Notes: a model not told the origin generated them from the sequence alone. Positions 28,166 through 36,637 are shown, counted from the first letter of the stretch. The stretch: 53,402 bases of DNA from a virus (IMGVR_UViG_3300035659_000019:1-53402), one strand, 5' to 3'. Translations and numbers: made by a program.

Positions 28166-28821
28166 ACGTTCTTGTTGTATGTGCTAAGCGTTATAACGGC
28201 CACGAACTTTGGGTTACCTTGGGTGTGCTTCAATCTAGAGGGCACACCTCCGAGGTCGTTTCAACGCAAACCCTTATCTCGGACGAGGTTACTGGACAGG
28301 CTAATACCATCAAACGGACTCTCGACGACGTAGCAACCCTCGAAGGCTTCGATGCTCTCGTATTTGTTTCGGGCAATATGCAAGATACAGAGGCGCACTG
28401 GAAGCACCCAAGGACGTTAGCCTATGTGCATGAGGCCATCGAGCGTAACCTGCCTATAGCCGCAATCTGCTGCTCCGTTCCTATTGTCAAGGAGGCTGTA
28501 AAGGGGAAGCGAGTCTCCTTCTTTCCTCTCGTACGCTCTCGTGAGATTCTTAGAAACGCGGGTGCAATACTTCAAACAGTAACTATAAGTGTCGACGGGA
28601 AGCTCGTTACTGCGGAGCACCAGATGGCTACACAGGTCTGGGTGGAAGAATTCTGCAATGTGCTCGATGGTACGGAGTCGAGCCTGCATCTCGTTGACTC
28701 TGGCTACAAGCCAAAAGGGCGTGAACGTAAGGCGATCCCGGAACTCGAGCACCTTCGGCAAATCGTTCGCAAGACAGGACGGACGGATATCGATGATACC
28801 AAACCTAGTAAAGGAACGTAG
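28162..28821 (+). CDS. DJ-1/PfpI family (class I glutamine amidotransferase-like) protein
   Basis: Conserved Glu in YNGHEL, FDALVFVSG, nucleophile elbow IAAICCS, VKGKRVS, VDGKLVTA. Confidence 0.8.
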   Translation: MNVLVVCAKRYNGHELWVTLGVLQSRGHTSEVVSTQTLISDEVTGQANTIKRTLDDVATLEGFDALVFVSGNMQDTEAHWKHPRTLAYVHEAIERNLPIAAICCSVPIVKEAVKGKRVSFFPLVRSREILRNAGAILQTVTISVDGKLVTAEHQMATQVWVEEFCNVLDGTESSLHLVDSGYKPKGRERKAIPELEHLRQIVRKTGRTDIDDTKPSKGT

Positions 28822-29050
28822 CGATAAGTACGGTGAAGCCTGGCTAACTACAGGCGAGATCGCACGCGACCTAGATGCAGTCGGTCGCCTTCCTGCCTTC
28901 GCTCTGTTCCCTTGGTTAATAATCCTGAACAAGCTTATCCGGGCGCTCACGTCTCCGTACCACATCGATCACTGGAGAGACATTGCTGGTTACGCTTACA
29001 TAGTTACTGAGCACTTAGAAAAGGTGCAACATGACAAAGTACAAGGTTAA
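28793..29050 (+). CDS. DUF6378-like alpha-helical putative nucleotide pyrophosphohydrolase
   Basis: ER...YG...KLIR...HIDHWRDIAGYA. Confidence 0.65.
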   Translation: MIPNLVKERSDKYGEAWLTTGEIARDLDAVGRLPAFALFPWLIILNKLIRALTSPYHIDHWRDIAGYAYIVTEHLEKVQHDKVQG

Positions 29051-29690
29051 CGAAATATTTCATTCAATCCAGGGTGAAGGTTACTGGTCAGGACGGCCGG
29101 CAACCTTCATCCGTCTTCAAGGATGCAACCTAACCTGCAACTGGTGTGATACGAAGTACGCACTAGGAGCAGGTGGTGAATGGATGGACACGAGAGAGGT
29201 CACCCGCCAGATTCGTATCGGCAATATGGCTGTTATTACTGGCGGCGAGCCGATGCTCTGGGATCTCGAGGAGCTTTTAGCGAACCTTGCGTTCCTTGGT
29301 GTCTACACCCAAATCGAGACGAACGGCACGCTAAAGCCGCTCTATATATCGGAGCCTAATTGGCTTACTGTATCTCCTAAGCCCGTATGTCCGATAGCAT
29401 CGGATAAAGTACTCCCTGCCCAGTTAGCTTTTAGGCAGCCTTGGGAAGTAAACGAGTACTACTATACGTACGCAAACGAGTTCAAGTGGGTTGTAGACGG
29501 TGATCTTAGCTTCGACTGTGTCGAAGCCGCGTGGAGGCGATGCCGTAGAAAGCGACCGCCTGTTTTCTCCCTAATGCCAGAGGGCTGTCCGCCCAAACCC
29601 GAGTTTGTACATCTTGCTCTAGTCTGGCTCGAGAAACATCCTGCCTGGCGTTACTCGGATCGACTACAGTGGAGGATAGGTGTGAAATGA
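29031..29690 (+). CDS. queE: 7-carboxy-7-deazaguanine synthase (radical SAM)
   Basis: EIFHSIQGEG, FIRLQGCNLTCNWCDT, ITGGEP, IETNGT, VSPK. Confidence 0.95.
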   Translation: MTKYKVNEIFHSIQGEGYWSGRPATFIRLQGCNLTCNWCDTKYALGAGGEWMDTREVTRQIRIGNMAVITGGEPMLWDLEELLANLAFLGVYTQIETNGTLKPLYISEPNWLTVSPKPVCPIASDKVLPAQLAFRQPWEVNEYYYTYANEFKWVVDGDLSFDCVEAAWRRCRRKRPPVFSLMPEGCPPKPEFVHLALVWLEKHPAWRYSDRLQWRIGVK

Positions 29691-29845
29691 ACGACAGATG
29701 TCTCTACTGCGGTCGCGAGCTACCTGATGGCATGATAAAGGACGGCCTTTGTAAACGCTGTCACGAGATTTTTTATGGCAGCGGCGATGTTCCCGAGCCG
29801 CTACCAGACGACATAGAAGAAGAGGAGGAAGACGACGATGAGTGA
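29687..29845 (+). CDS. Small CxxC-CxxC protein with acidic tail (52 aa, not in ORF track)
   Basis: MNDRCLYCGRELPDGMIKDGLCKRCHEIFYGSGDVPEPLPDDIEEEEEDDDE; ATGA-coupled to queE. Confidence 0.7.
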   Translation: MNDRCLYCGRELPDGMIKDGLCKRCHEIFYGSGDVPEPLPDDIEEEEEDDDE

Positions 29846-29990
29846 ACCTAGAAAGTGCGAATGTTGTGGCGCACCGCTATTCCCTTGGCAGGCACGCCTT
29901 TGTGCCACTTGCCTCCAGAAGTTCATGAATAGCGGTGGCTGCTCTCCTATACCAGAAACAGATGAGGAGGACGACGATGACGACGAATAA
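29838..29990 (+). CDS. Small CxxC-CxxC protein with acidic tail (50 aa, not in ORF track)
   Basis: MSEPRKCECCGAPLFPWQARLCATCLQKFMNSGGCSPIPETDEEDDDDDE; GAGGAGG RBS. Confidence 0.7.
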   Translation: MSEPRKCECCGAPLFPWQARLCATCLQKFMNSGGCSPIPETDEEDDDDDE

Positions 29991-30531
29991 CGTTAGTGAG
30001 CTTACTACCATCTTAGCTACGATTTTCGGCAAGGAATGTTTCGATGATTCTGTCTCCAGTACTGCAAGCCGCGTACTTCGGTATTGGGGTGAGTTTCAGC
30101 CCAAAAGTGAGATAGACTTCGAGTTTACAGTCTTTCCAGCAACCGTCAACCAGCTCATAATCGTCAAAGACATTGAGCTGGAATCCATATGTGCACACCA
30201 CCTGCTGCCGTTTTACGGCAATGCTCACGTAGGATATATTCCTAATGAGCTAATGGTGGGGCTGAGCAAGATACCACGCCTAGTAGAGTTCTGGGCACGT
30301 CGCCCCACTACACAAGAGCAACTAACTGCGAACATAGCATCGGACTTGAAACATCGTCTCGCTGCTATGGGCGTCGCAGTAACCATTGAGGCTAGGCACA
30401 CGTGCATGTCGTGCCGCGGCGTACGTAAGCACAATGGTGTAATGATAACGAGCGAGATGCGTGGAGTATTCCTTACCGCTGAAGCAGCTCGATCGGAATT
30501 CCTAAACCTGATTGCGAGGGATCGTATATGA
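29977..30531 (+). CDS. folE: GTP cyclohydrolase I
   Basis: SICAHHLLPFYG, VGLSKIPRLV, QEQLT, HTCMSCRGVRK. Confidence 0.95.
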   Translation: MTTNNVSELTTILATIFGKECFDDSVSSTASRVLRYWGEFQPKSEIDFEFTVFPATVNQLIIVKDIELESICAHHLLPFYGNAHVGYIPNELMVGLSKIPRLVEFWARRPTTQEQLTANIASDLKHRLAAMGVAVTIEARHTCMSCRGVRKHNGVMITSEMRGVFLTAEAARSEFLNLIARDRI

Positions 30532-30782
30532 GCGTCGTAGAGCAAATTTGGCTATGTGATGCTTGGATCGATCGCCTTAGCGTCCTACGTGACGCCGCGA
30601 CACAGACTGTGAAGAACAACCCTGATCTCGATCCCACAATCCGTACTAGAGTTCTGGAATGCAGGCTCGAGGTCGAATCCGTACTCGCCTCCTTTATTCA
30701 GGAGCGCGATAAACTAAGAAAGCTGGTAGAAGATGAAATACGCCGCGATAACTCCGACGCCATACCTCCCACTCCTCAATAG
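30528..30782 (+). CDS. Hypothetical helical protein
   Basis: ATGA-coupled to folE. Confidence 0.5.
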   Translation: MSVVEQIWLCDAWIDRLSVLRDAATQTVKNNPDLDPTIRTRVLECRLEVESVLASFIQERDKLRKLVEDEIRRDNSDAIPPTPQ

Positions 30783-31473
30783 GATGTCGTACCATCTGCT
30801 CCTAGGCCAGAAGCTCGTTACTGACCTAAAGTACTTAGAGTGGGCAGAGATGCGGCACTACCAAGGAGATTTCCTTATCGTCGATAACGGAGCCGCTGAG
30901 CCCGAGCAGGAGCGTGTGCCTTTCGAAAATATCCTCAAGGTTGCGTTGAACATTTACGCAGACGAGATCGTCGTACCAGACGTCATACGTAACTCTGAGT
31001 TGACACTCGAAATGGCTCGACACTGGGGTCCAACGATTCCGCTCAACAAGCGTCTAATCATTCCTCAGGGACGTGACCTGGAAGAGTGGAAGTCGTGCTT
31101 CCTTGAGCTGAAGCATCTACTTAGCTTCGTAGCCGTGGGCATACCAAAGCATGCCGAGACCTTCAAAGGAGGTCGAGCTGCTATCCTCATGTGGCTTCAC
31201 GAAGCGGACTTCTGCCGCCGATCTAATATTCATCTCTTCGGCTGTCATACAGATCCCCTGGAAGAGATCCGCCAGGCGATAAGGATCTGTCCTGAGATCC
31301 GAGGGATCGACACTGGAGCGGCGGTTGCCTACGCTCAAGTAATGCAACCGCTCACGTGCGGCAAGCACTTTGGAGTCGAGTGGGATAAACAAGCAGATCC
31401 TCGAAGCATATCGTACAACATGTGCTCGATAGCGAACTGCATAGAGGAGGAACTGAATGCATATAACCATTGA
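30733..31473 (+). CDS. TGT/DpdA-like guanine transglycosylase (divergent)
   Basis: TGT-like motifs LIVDNGA, VVPDV, IIPQG, VAVGIP, IHLFG, GIDT inside a que/folE cluster. Confidence 0.7.
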   Translation: MKYAAITPTPYLPLLNRMSYHLLLGQKLVTDLKYLEWAEMRHYQGDFLIVDNGAAEPEQERVPFENILKVALNIYADEIVVPDVIRNSELTLEMARHWGPTIPLNKRLIIPQGRDLEEWKSCFLELKHLLSFVAVGIPKHAETFKGGRAAILMWLHEADFCRRSNIHLFGCHTDPLEEIRQAIRICPEIRGIDTGAAVAYAQVMQPLTCGKHFGVEWDKQADPRSISYNMCSIANCIEEELNAYNH

Positions 31474-31870
31474 GTACATCGCTGGGCTGTTCGATGGCGA
31501 AGGTTGTATAACTTGCAACCACACGCAAAGCGCCCCCATAATACACTTGCAAGTCTCTAATTGCAATCGTCCGATCTTAGAGGAGCTTAAGGCATTCTTT
31601 GGTCATGGTACTATCCAGACCAATGGCGGCGGAGGTGATCGACCCGTATACTGTTGGCACACGAGCGGCGCCTCTAAGGTTACGGAGGTCTTAACGAAGC
31701 TTCTTCCATACCTTCGGATCAAGCAGAAGCAGGCATCGATTGCGCTGAAACTATGCGAACGTATCATAAATCGGGTCGGGCGAGCTTGGCCTGCATTAAC
31801 CTACGAAGAGTACTCCCTCAGAGAAGGTCTTGCAGAAGAGATTACTCGTCTCAACAAAGGAGGTACGTAA
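31457..31870 (+). mobile_element. Free-standing LAGLIDADG homing endonuclease gene (HEG3, close paralogue of HEG1)
   Basis: EYIAGLFDGEGCI; 29 nt identical to HEG1 (31472-31500 = 21589-21617); same EEYS.REGLA.EIT..NKGGT end. Confidence 0.9.
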
Positions 31871-32127
31871 TGCATATCACAGTCAAGGATCAGACTACCG
31901 GCTCAGATGCTACGATGTGCGTAGAACGTAGTACGGGCACTTGCGTTATCCTTGGGGGAGATATCGACATGTTTGACAAGCTCGTAAACATGGCGAACTC
32001 TCTCAAGGCGGACTCTGTAACTATACTCGCTGCTACGCCAGCCGTAGCGGCGCTCGAGGCTCTCGGCTGGAAGGCATCTGAAACAGTAGTCGCTATGACT
32101 AAGCTTACAAGGAGGGCTAGACAATGA
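31870..32127 (+). CDS. Hypothetical protein
   Basis: AAGGAGG RBS, TAATG coupling. Confidence 0.55.
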   Translation: MHITVKDQTTGSDATMCVERSTGTCVILGGDIDMFDKLVNMANSLKADSVTILAATPAVAALEALGWKASETVVAMTKLTRRARQ

Positions 32128-34472
32128 ACAAAGCTCCTTACGCACACTGCGACGAATGTACTCTCAAGGACCAGCCCTACGTCCCGTGGTTTGGTCCTCT
32201 CGAGCCTGAGCTCATCTTCGTAGGAGAAGCTCCCGGCGCCGAAGAGGTTCGTGAAGGCAAGCCGTTCGTAGGACCCAGCGGACGCCTACTCGACGCTACC
32301 CTTATAAACATAGGACACGATCCTGGAGAGACCTATCGTACGAACTGCGTTATGTGCCGTCCACCACAGAACAGGACTCCTACGGACGAGGAGCTCCTAT
32401 GTTGCTACGAACGCCTGCTATACGAACTCGCCTCCGTCCATCAGAACAAAGTAGTAGCGCTCGGCAAGGCTGCAGGTGACATGCTGCATGCAAATGAAGG
32501 ACGAGGCGCGTGGAACGTTGGTGCTGCTGGTCTAATAGTCCTTAAAACGTGGCATCCTGCTTACGTGCTTCGTAAGCCTTCGGAGTACAATGCTCTCGAA
32601 CATGATTTACGGAAGGCTTACGGTGGGATGTACCAGGAACCCGCTTTCCTGAACGCCATTAAGGTGCACATCCCCGATACCTACGAAACGTTAGAGCGTG
32701 AGCTGAGCTACTGCCCTCCACACGCAGAGGTATCGTTTGACATAGAGTCGGACCAGGTACAATGGTATGATATGCCTGGCAAAAAGGCTGATGCCGTCCT
32801 AATGCTAGGGATCAGCTGGAATGACGAGTACGGAGTAATCATCAACGATGAAATGCTCTACGACACTGAAGGAGTGATTCCGCTCCTCCAAGAGTTCTTC
32901 AACCGCTCGGATTTCTTTCTCTCAGGGCATAACTCAAAGTTCGACGAAGTCTTCCTACAGCATACCTTCGGTCTCAAGATCCGCTCAAGTATAGATACTA
33001 TGACAGCACACTATGTATTGAACGAGAACGAACGGCACGGTCTTAAAGCTATTGCGTGGGAAGAGTTCAGCCTTCCGGACTACGAGGAGGAGCTCCTAAA
33101 CAAGTACCTCAAGAGTCGGAACGACTACTACTCCAAGATCCCCTTCAATGAGTTCGCTGTATATTGTGCAACGGACCTGCGAGTTACTCGAACTCTCTCA
33201 AGAGTTCTTAAGAAGCGGATGGAAGAGCAAGGCCTATGGGAGCGTCCCTACAAGCTCGTCCTCCTACCTGCACACGACCTCTTGGTCGACATGGAGTTAG
33301 CTGGCGTTAAGGTCGACATTCCGTATCTCGTTGCTGCTCGAGTAAAGATGGAACTCGAGCAAGAGCGAGTTGCTAAGGTGTGCGCAGACATGATGGGGCT
33401 CGATGATTTGAACCTTAGTAGCTGGATGCAGGTCGGACATGTGTTGTGGGACGTATTGAAGCTCCCGCAGTCTCGTAACCCACGATTGAAGCCTCGCTCG
33501 ACCAATGAAGAGGCCGTAATGCATTTGAAAGGGAAGCATCCATTCGTGGATCAACTACTCTACTACAGACACGTTGCGAAGCTCAAGGCGTCGTACATCG
33601 ACAACATGTTGGAGTTTGCAGATGTACAGGGGCGTGTGCATCCCTCGTGGCGCGAGGAAGGAACGGAGATCGGACGACTATCGGCGAGAGATCCTGCAGT
33701 TCAAACGATTCCACGACCGGGCGATAAGAAAGCAGCGGACTACTCGGTCTATACTGACGGTGCTATGATACGCGGAGCCGTAATCGCAAATGAGGGTTGC
33801 AAGCTTGTTATCTGCGACTACTCTCAGGCGGAGCTTCGTGTTATAGCTGTACTAAGCAACGAACAGTTCCTTTTGGACGTCTATGCGAATGATAGGGATC
33901 TACATACTGAGGTTGCTACTGCAATGCACGGACCAGATTTTACGAAGGAGCAACGGGTTCAATGTAAGATGTTCAACTTCTCCTACATCTACGGTGGTTC
34001 GGAGTACTCGTTTGCTTTAGACGCAGGCTTGCCTATACCCATCGCAACAGCCTTCGTACGTAAGTATAACAGTCTTATGCCTAACCTCCTAGCATACCGT
34101 AAGTCACAGTACGAACTGCTTGTCGCACAAGGCTACGTTGAGACGATCTTTGGGCGCCGGAGGCGCTTCCCGTTGATCACCCAGGAGAACCGTGACGAAG
34201 CGCGCAAGGCAGCTGTACATCAACCGGTTGCAGGCACTGCGAGTGACCTGACGTTGCTCAGTGCTGTTGAGGCCTGGAAGAGATACGGCTATACAATCGT
34301 TTTGTTGGTCCACGACAGCATAGTTGCGGAAGTGCCTAACGATAAGGCGGACGAAGCAGCGGTACGTATCTCTGGTATTATGTGCGAGATGGGGGAGAAG
34401 TATTTACCACAGGTGAAATGGAAAGCCGACTCGGAGGTTCGCTCTCGATGGGTGGATCCTCCTACGTTCTAA
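32124..34472 (+). CDS. polA: Family A DNA polymerase with N-terminal family-4 uracil-DNA glycosylase-like domain and 3'-5' exonuclease
   Basis: UDG: CDEC, VGEAPG.EE...PFVGPSG, TNCVMCRPPQNRTP, WHPA. Exonuclease: FDIE, HNSKFD, YCATD. Polymerase: DYSQAELR, KMFNFSYIYG, VHDS. Confidence 0.93.
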   Translation: MNKAPYAHCDECTLKDQPYVPWFGPLEPELIFVGEAPGAEEVREGKPFVGPSGRLLDATLINIGHDPGETYRTNCVMCRPPQNRTPTDEELLCCYERLLYELASVHQNKVVALGKAAGDMLHANEGRGAWNVGAAGLIVLKTWHPAYVLRKPSEYNALEHDLRKAYGGMYQEPAFLNAIKVHIPDTYETLERELSYCPPHAEVSFDIESDQVQWYDMPGKKADAVLMLGISWNDEYGVIINDEMLYDTEGVIPLLQEFFNRSDFFLSGHNSKFDEVFLQHTFGLKIRSSIDTMTAHYVLNENERHGLKAIAWEEFSLPDYEEELLNKYLKSRNDYYSKIPFNEFAVYCATDLRVTRTLSRVLKKRMEEQGLWERPYKLVLLPAHDLLVDMELAGVKVDIPYLVAARVKMELEQERVAKVCADMMGLDDLNLSSWMQVGHVLWDVLKLPQSRNPRLKPRSTNEEAVMHLKGKHPFVDQLLYYRHVAKLKASYIDNMLEFADVQGRVHPSWREEGTEIGRLSARDPAVQTIPRPGDKKAADYSVYTDGAMIRGAVIANEGCKLVICDYSQAELRVIAVLSNEQFLLDVYANDRDLHTEVATAMHGPDFTKEQRVQCKMFNFSYIYGGSEYSFALDAGLPIPIATAFVRKYNSLMPNLLAYRKSQYELLVAQGYVETIFGRRRRFPLITQENRDEARKAAVHQPVAGTASDLTLLSAVEAWKRYGYTIVLLVHDSIVAEVPNDKADEAAVRISGIMCEMGEKYLPQVKWKADSEVRSRWVDPPTF

Positions 34473-34475
34473 ACT

Positions 34476-34508
34476 AAAAGACCCCAGTCAAACGGCTGGG
34501 GTCTTTTC
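34476..34508. terminator. Bidirectional intrinsic terminator between the converging operons
   Basis: AAAAGACCCCAGTC-AAAC-GGCTGGGGTCTTTT. Confidence 0.85.
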
Positions 34509-34523
34509 TTCTATTCAGTTGTC

Positions 34524-34865
34524 TTAGCGTGGCGGACCGATCATCTCTGGTTTTGGTTTCGCAGCGAATATGTAGTTGGTTGACTTGTATACTCCTGCGC
34601 TAGTCATAAGAGCGATTACGAAGTCCACAAGCGGGTACCAAATCCATTCTCTCCAGGTAGGTCCAATATAGACCTGCAAGAAGCCGAGCAGGCTTAGCAA
34701 CACCACCACGACTTCTACAATGAATAAGATTAGTACGATCCGCAGTTGCTTCTGGTCGGAAGGCAGTTTATCGTACCAGTCCTTTACTCCTGGAAGTACA
34801 AAGAAAAGAATGGCGATTACTGCCGCGAGGACAGGCAGTAGGTCGAACGTCAACTTAATTGTCAC
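34524..34865 (-). CDS. Putative holin (three TM segments)
   Basis: GTG start after AGGAGG; three hydrophobic segments; last gene of the late operon. Confidence 0.6.
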   Translation of the reverse strand: MTIKLTFDLLPVLAAVIAILFFVLPGVKDWYDKLPSDQKQLRIVLILFIVEVVVVLLSLLGFLQVYIGPTWREWIWYPLVDFVIALMTSAGVYKSTNYIFAAKPKPEMIGPPR

Positions 34866-35218
34866 GGTGCACCTCCTAAATGTGCGAATATTTTCGGGAA
34901 GACCTCTATAATGAGGAACACTAGAACGGCTGTAATGAGCGGCCCGAAAAGCCTGTCGACGATCCACTTCCATGTTACGTTCTTACCGTCAACATCTTCT
35001 TTTATAGTGGACGGGTTCGATCCCTTACGAGCGTTACGTGCACCCTCTAGTTTTGCGATACGTGTCGCATGATCGAGTAGAACCTTGTTGACACCTTCGA
35101 GTCCGACTTCGACAGCAAGCTTTAATGCAGCAGTAGCAGTTGTAAGTGCTGTCAACGTAGTATCTACACGTCCCATCCAATATGCGAGGTCTCCATCTCT
35201 CTTCGGCTCTGGTTGCAT
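34862..35218 (-). CDS. Coiled-coil protein with C-terminal TM, probably lysis-associated
   Basis: Helical N-terminal part, hydrophobic C-terminus, next to the holin. Confidence 0.5.
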   Translation of the reverse strand: MQPEPKRDGDLAYWMGRVDTTLTALTTATAALKLAVEVGLEGVNKVLLDHATRIAKLEGARNARKGSNPSTIKEDVDGKNVTWKWIVDRLFGPLITAVLVFLIIEVFPKIFAHLGGAP

Positions 35219-35230
35219 AGGAAGTCTCCT

Positions 35231-35575
35231 TTACAACTTAGCAGTGTGAATAGCAGAGCAGGTACCATTGGTTGCAACAGAGAAGTCAACATACACGGTG
35301 CCGTCCACCTGGTTGAAGATCTCCGAGGGGAACGGTCCGATCAGCAAGGATGCAGTTGCTCCCATTACTACTACGACATCTGTGATAGTGAGCCCTTTTA
35401 CCTTTGCAGGTACTCTGAAGGTAACCGTGATTACGGTACCAGCGGTTCTCATATAGAATATGGTCTCGTTCCCTATATTCGAGAACGACATCCCGTTTGC
35501 GGCGTCGACTGAGACCTCCCCCATTGTGACTCCAGCGAGAACGACCTCTCTTACTGTTAGCGCTGTTCGTGGCAT
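35231..35575 (-). CDS. Small beta-rich virion protein (paralogue B)
   Basis: ALTV...ANG..F.N.G...IGPF...FNQ.DGTV shared with 35928-36269. Confidence 0.6.
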   Translation of the reverse strand: MPRTALTVREVVLAGVTMGEVSVDAANGMSFSNIGNETIFYMRTAGTVITVTFRVPAKVKGLTITDVVVVMGATASLLIGPFPSEIFNQVDGTVYVDFSVATNGTCSAIHTAKL

Positions 35576-35578
35576 ATC

Positions 35579-35710
35579 TTATCTCCTTTTCTTCCTTACC
35601 CTTGTGGGTAGGTTCTTGAACTTAGTCGTAGTGTGATGAGCCCAGCGTCGCGCGATGCGCGGCTTGTTCTTGAAGAGCCATCTCCACTGTGCCTTACTTC
35701 TAATTGGCAT
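35579..35710 (-). CDS. Tiny basic protein (43 aa, not in ORF track)
   Basis: GAGGTG RBS; MPIRSKAQWRWLFKNKPRIARRWAHHTTTKFKNLPTRVRKKRR. Confidence 0.7.
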   Translation of the reverse strand: MPIRSKAQWRWLFKNKPRIARRWAHHTTTKFKNLPTRVRKKRR

Positions 35711-35725
35711 GCTCACCTCTTTCTG

Positions 35726-35911
35726 CTAGAGCGGCTTCCAGTGCCGCTTAGCCATGCGGGCGAAGTTCGCTCGGCGACGCGTCTTTGTAGAGTATCTCGT
35801 AGGATGCGCTAGAACGTGCCGAGCGTGTGTCTGGACACTACGATGCGCTCCCTTCGCCTGTTTGGTGAACGCGCCCTTCTTAAGCTTGCCGAAGGGCTTT
35901 TTCTTTCTCAT
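35726..35911 (-). CDS. Small basic protein
   Basis: AGGAGGTG RBS; KKGAFTKQAK...SVQ..ARHVLA...RRANFAR. Confidence 0.7.
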   Translation of the reverse strand: MRKKKPFGKLKKGAFTKQAKGAHRSVQTHARHVLAHPTRYSTKTRRRANFARMAKRHWKPL

Positions 35912-35927
35912 CGGATCACCTCCTTCC

Positions 35928-36269
35928 TTACGATCTCTTCATCTTAAAGGCACCTACGGTGATCGTAGTAATAGCACTGTACGTAACTTGTACTGTGCCG
36001 TCACCCTGATTAAAGACCGCCGGATCGAAAGGACCGATCATCTTATCGATGCCGGCTCCACAGACTACGGCCCACTCTACTACGTCAACGCCGGCTAGTT
36101 TTGCTGGCGTAGCGAAGGTCAAGGTAGTTGGTACCCCACTACCATTCTTTACATGAAAGAAGGTAGCGCCATCATTGATAAACCACTGACCGTCTGTGTT
36201 CGCGGCTACGTAGGAGGGCTGTATGCTTGCAATTACGATATCCTGTACAGCGAGCGCTATCATTGCCAT
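35928..36269 (-). CDS. Small beta-rich virion protein (paralogue A)
   Basis: Similar to 35231-35575. Confidence 0.6.
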   Translation of the reverse strand: MAMIALAVQDIVIASIQPSYVAANTDGQWFINDGATFFHVKNGSGVPTTLTFATPAKLAGVDVVEWAVVCGAGIDKMIGPFDPAVFNQGDGTVQVTYSAITTITVGAFKMKRS

Positions 36270-36271
36270 AT

Positions 36272-36637
36272 CTAAGTCTCCTTTATCATCCAGAACAGAG
36301 CTGAGAGCTCCGCTGGTGTTATTTCTATATTGCCGAACTCCTCAATAGAAACGAGGTGTGGCTCAAAGTCGGGTAGTCCCATCTCAAGTAAGTTGGTATG
36401 CTCAGTCTCTGCCTCCTTTTCCTGCTCTGGTAACGACCAGTGGACCTCGTCTGAGTCTGTGCTCGTTACCGCATTTGTATTTACCAGAATAGCCTTCCTG
36501 GCAACGTTGTAGACTTCGTATTCAACGTTTGCCTTTCGAATGTTCTTGGCAATAGCATAGGCGAGCCTTGCGCCCATAGGGCGCGCTGCCAAGTCTTGTA
36601 GTACTTTCTGTGACTCAAGTAGCTCCCGAAGTTTCAT
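36272..36637 (-). CDS. Hypothetical protein following the tail fibre
   Basis: AGGAGG RBS; LAYAIAKN...ITPAELSAL.WMI. Confidence 0.6.
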   Translation of the reverse strand: MKLRELLESQKVLQDLAARPMGARLAYAIAKNIRKANVEYEVYNVARKAILVNTNAVTSTDSDEVHWSLPEQEKEAETEHTNLLEMGLPDFEPHLVSIEEFGNIEITPAELSALFWMIKET

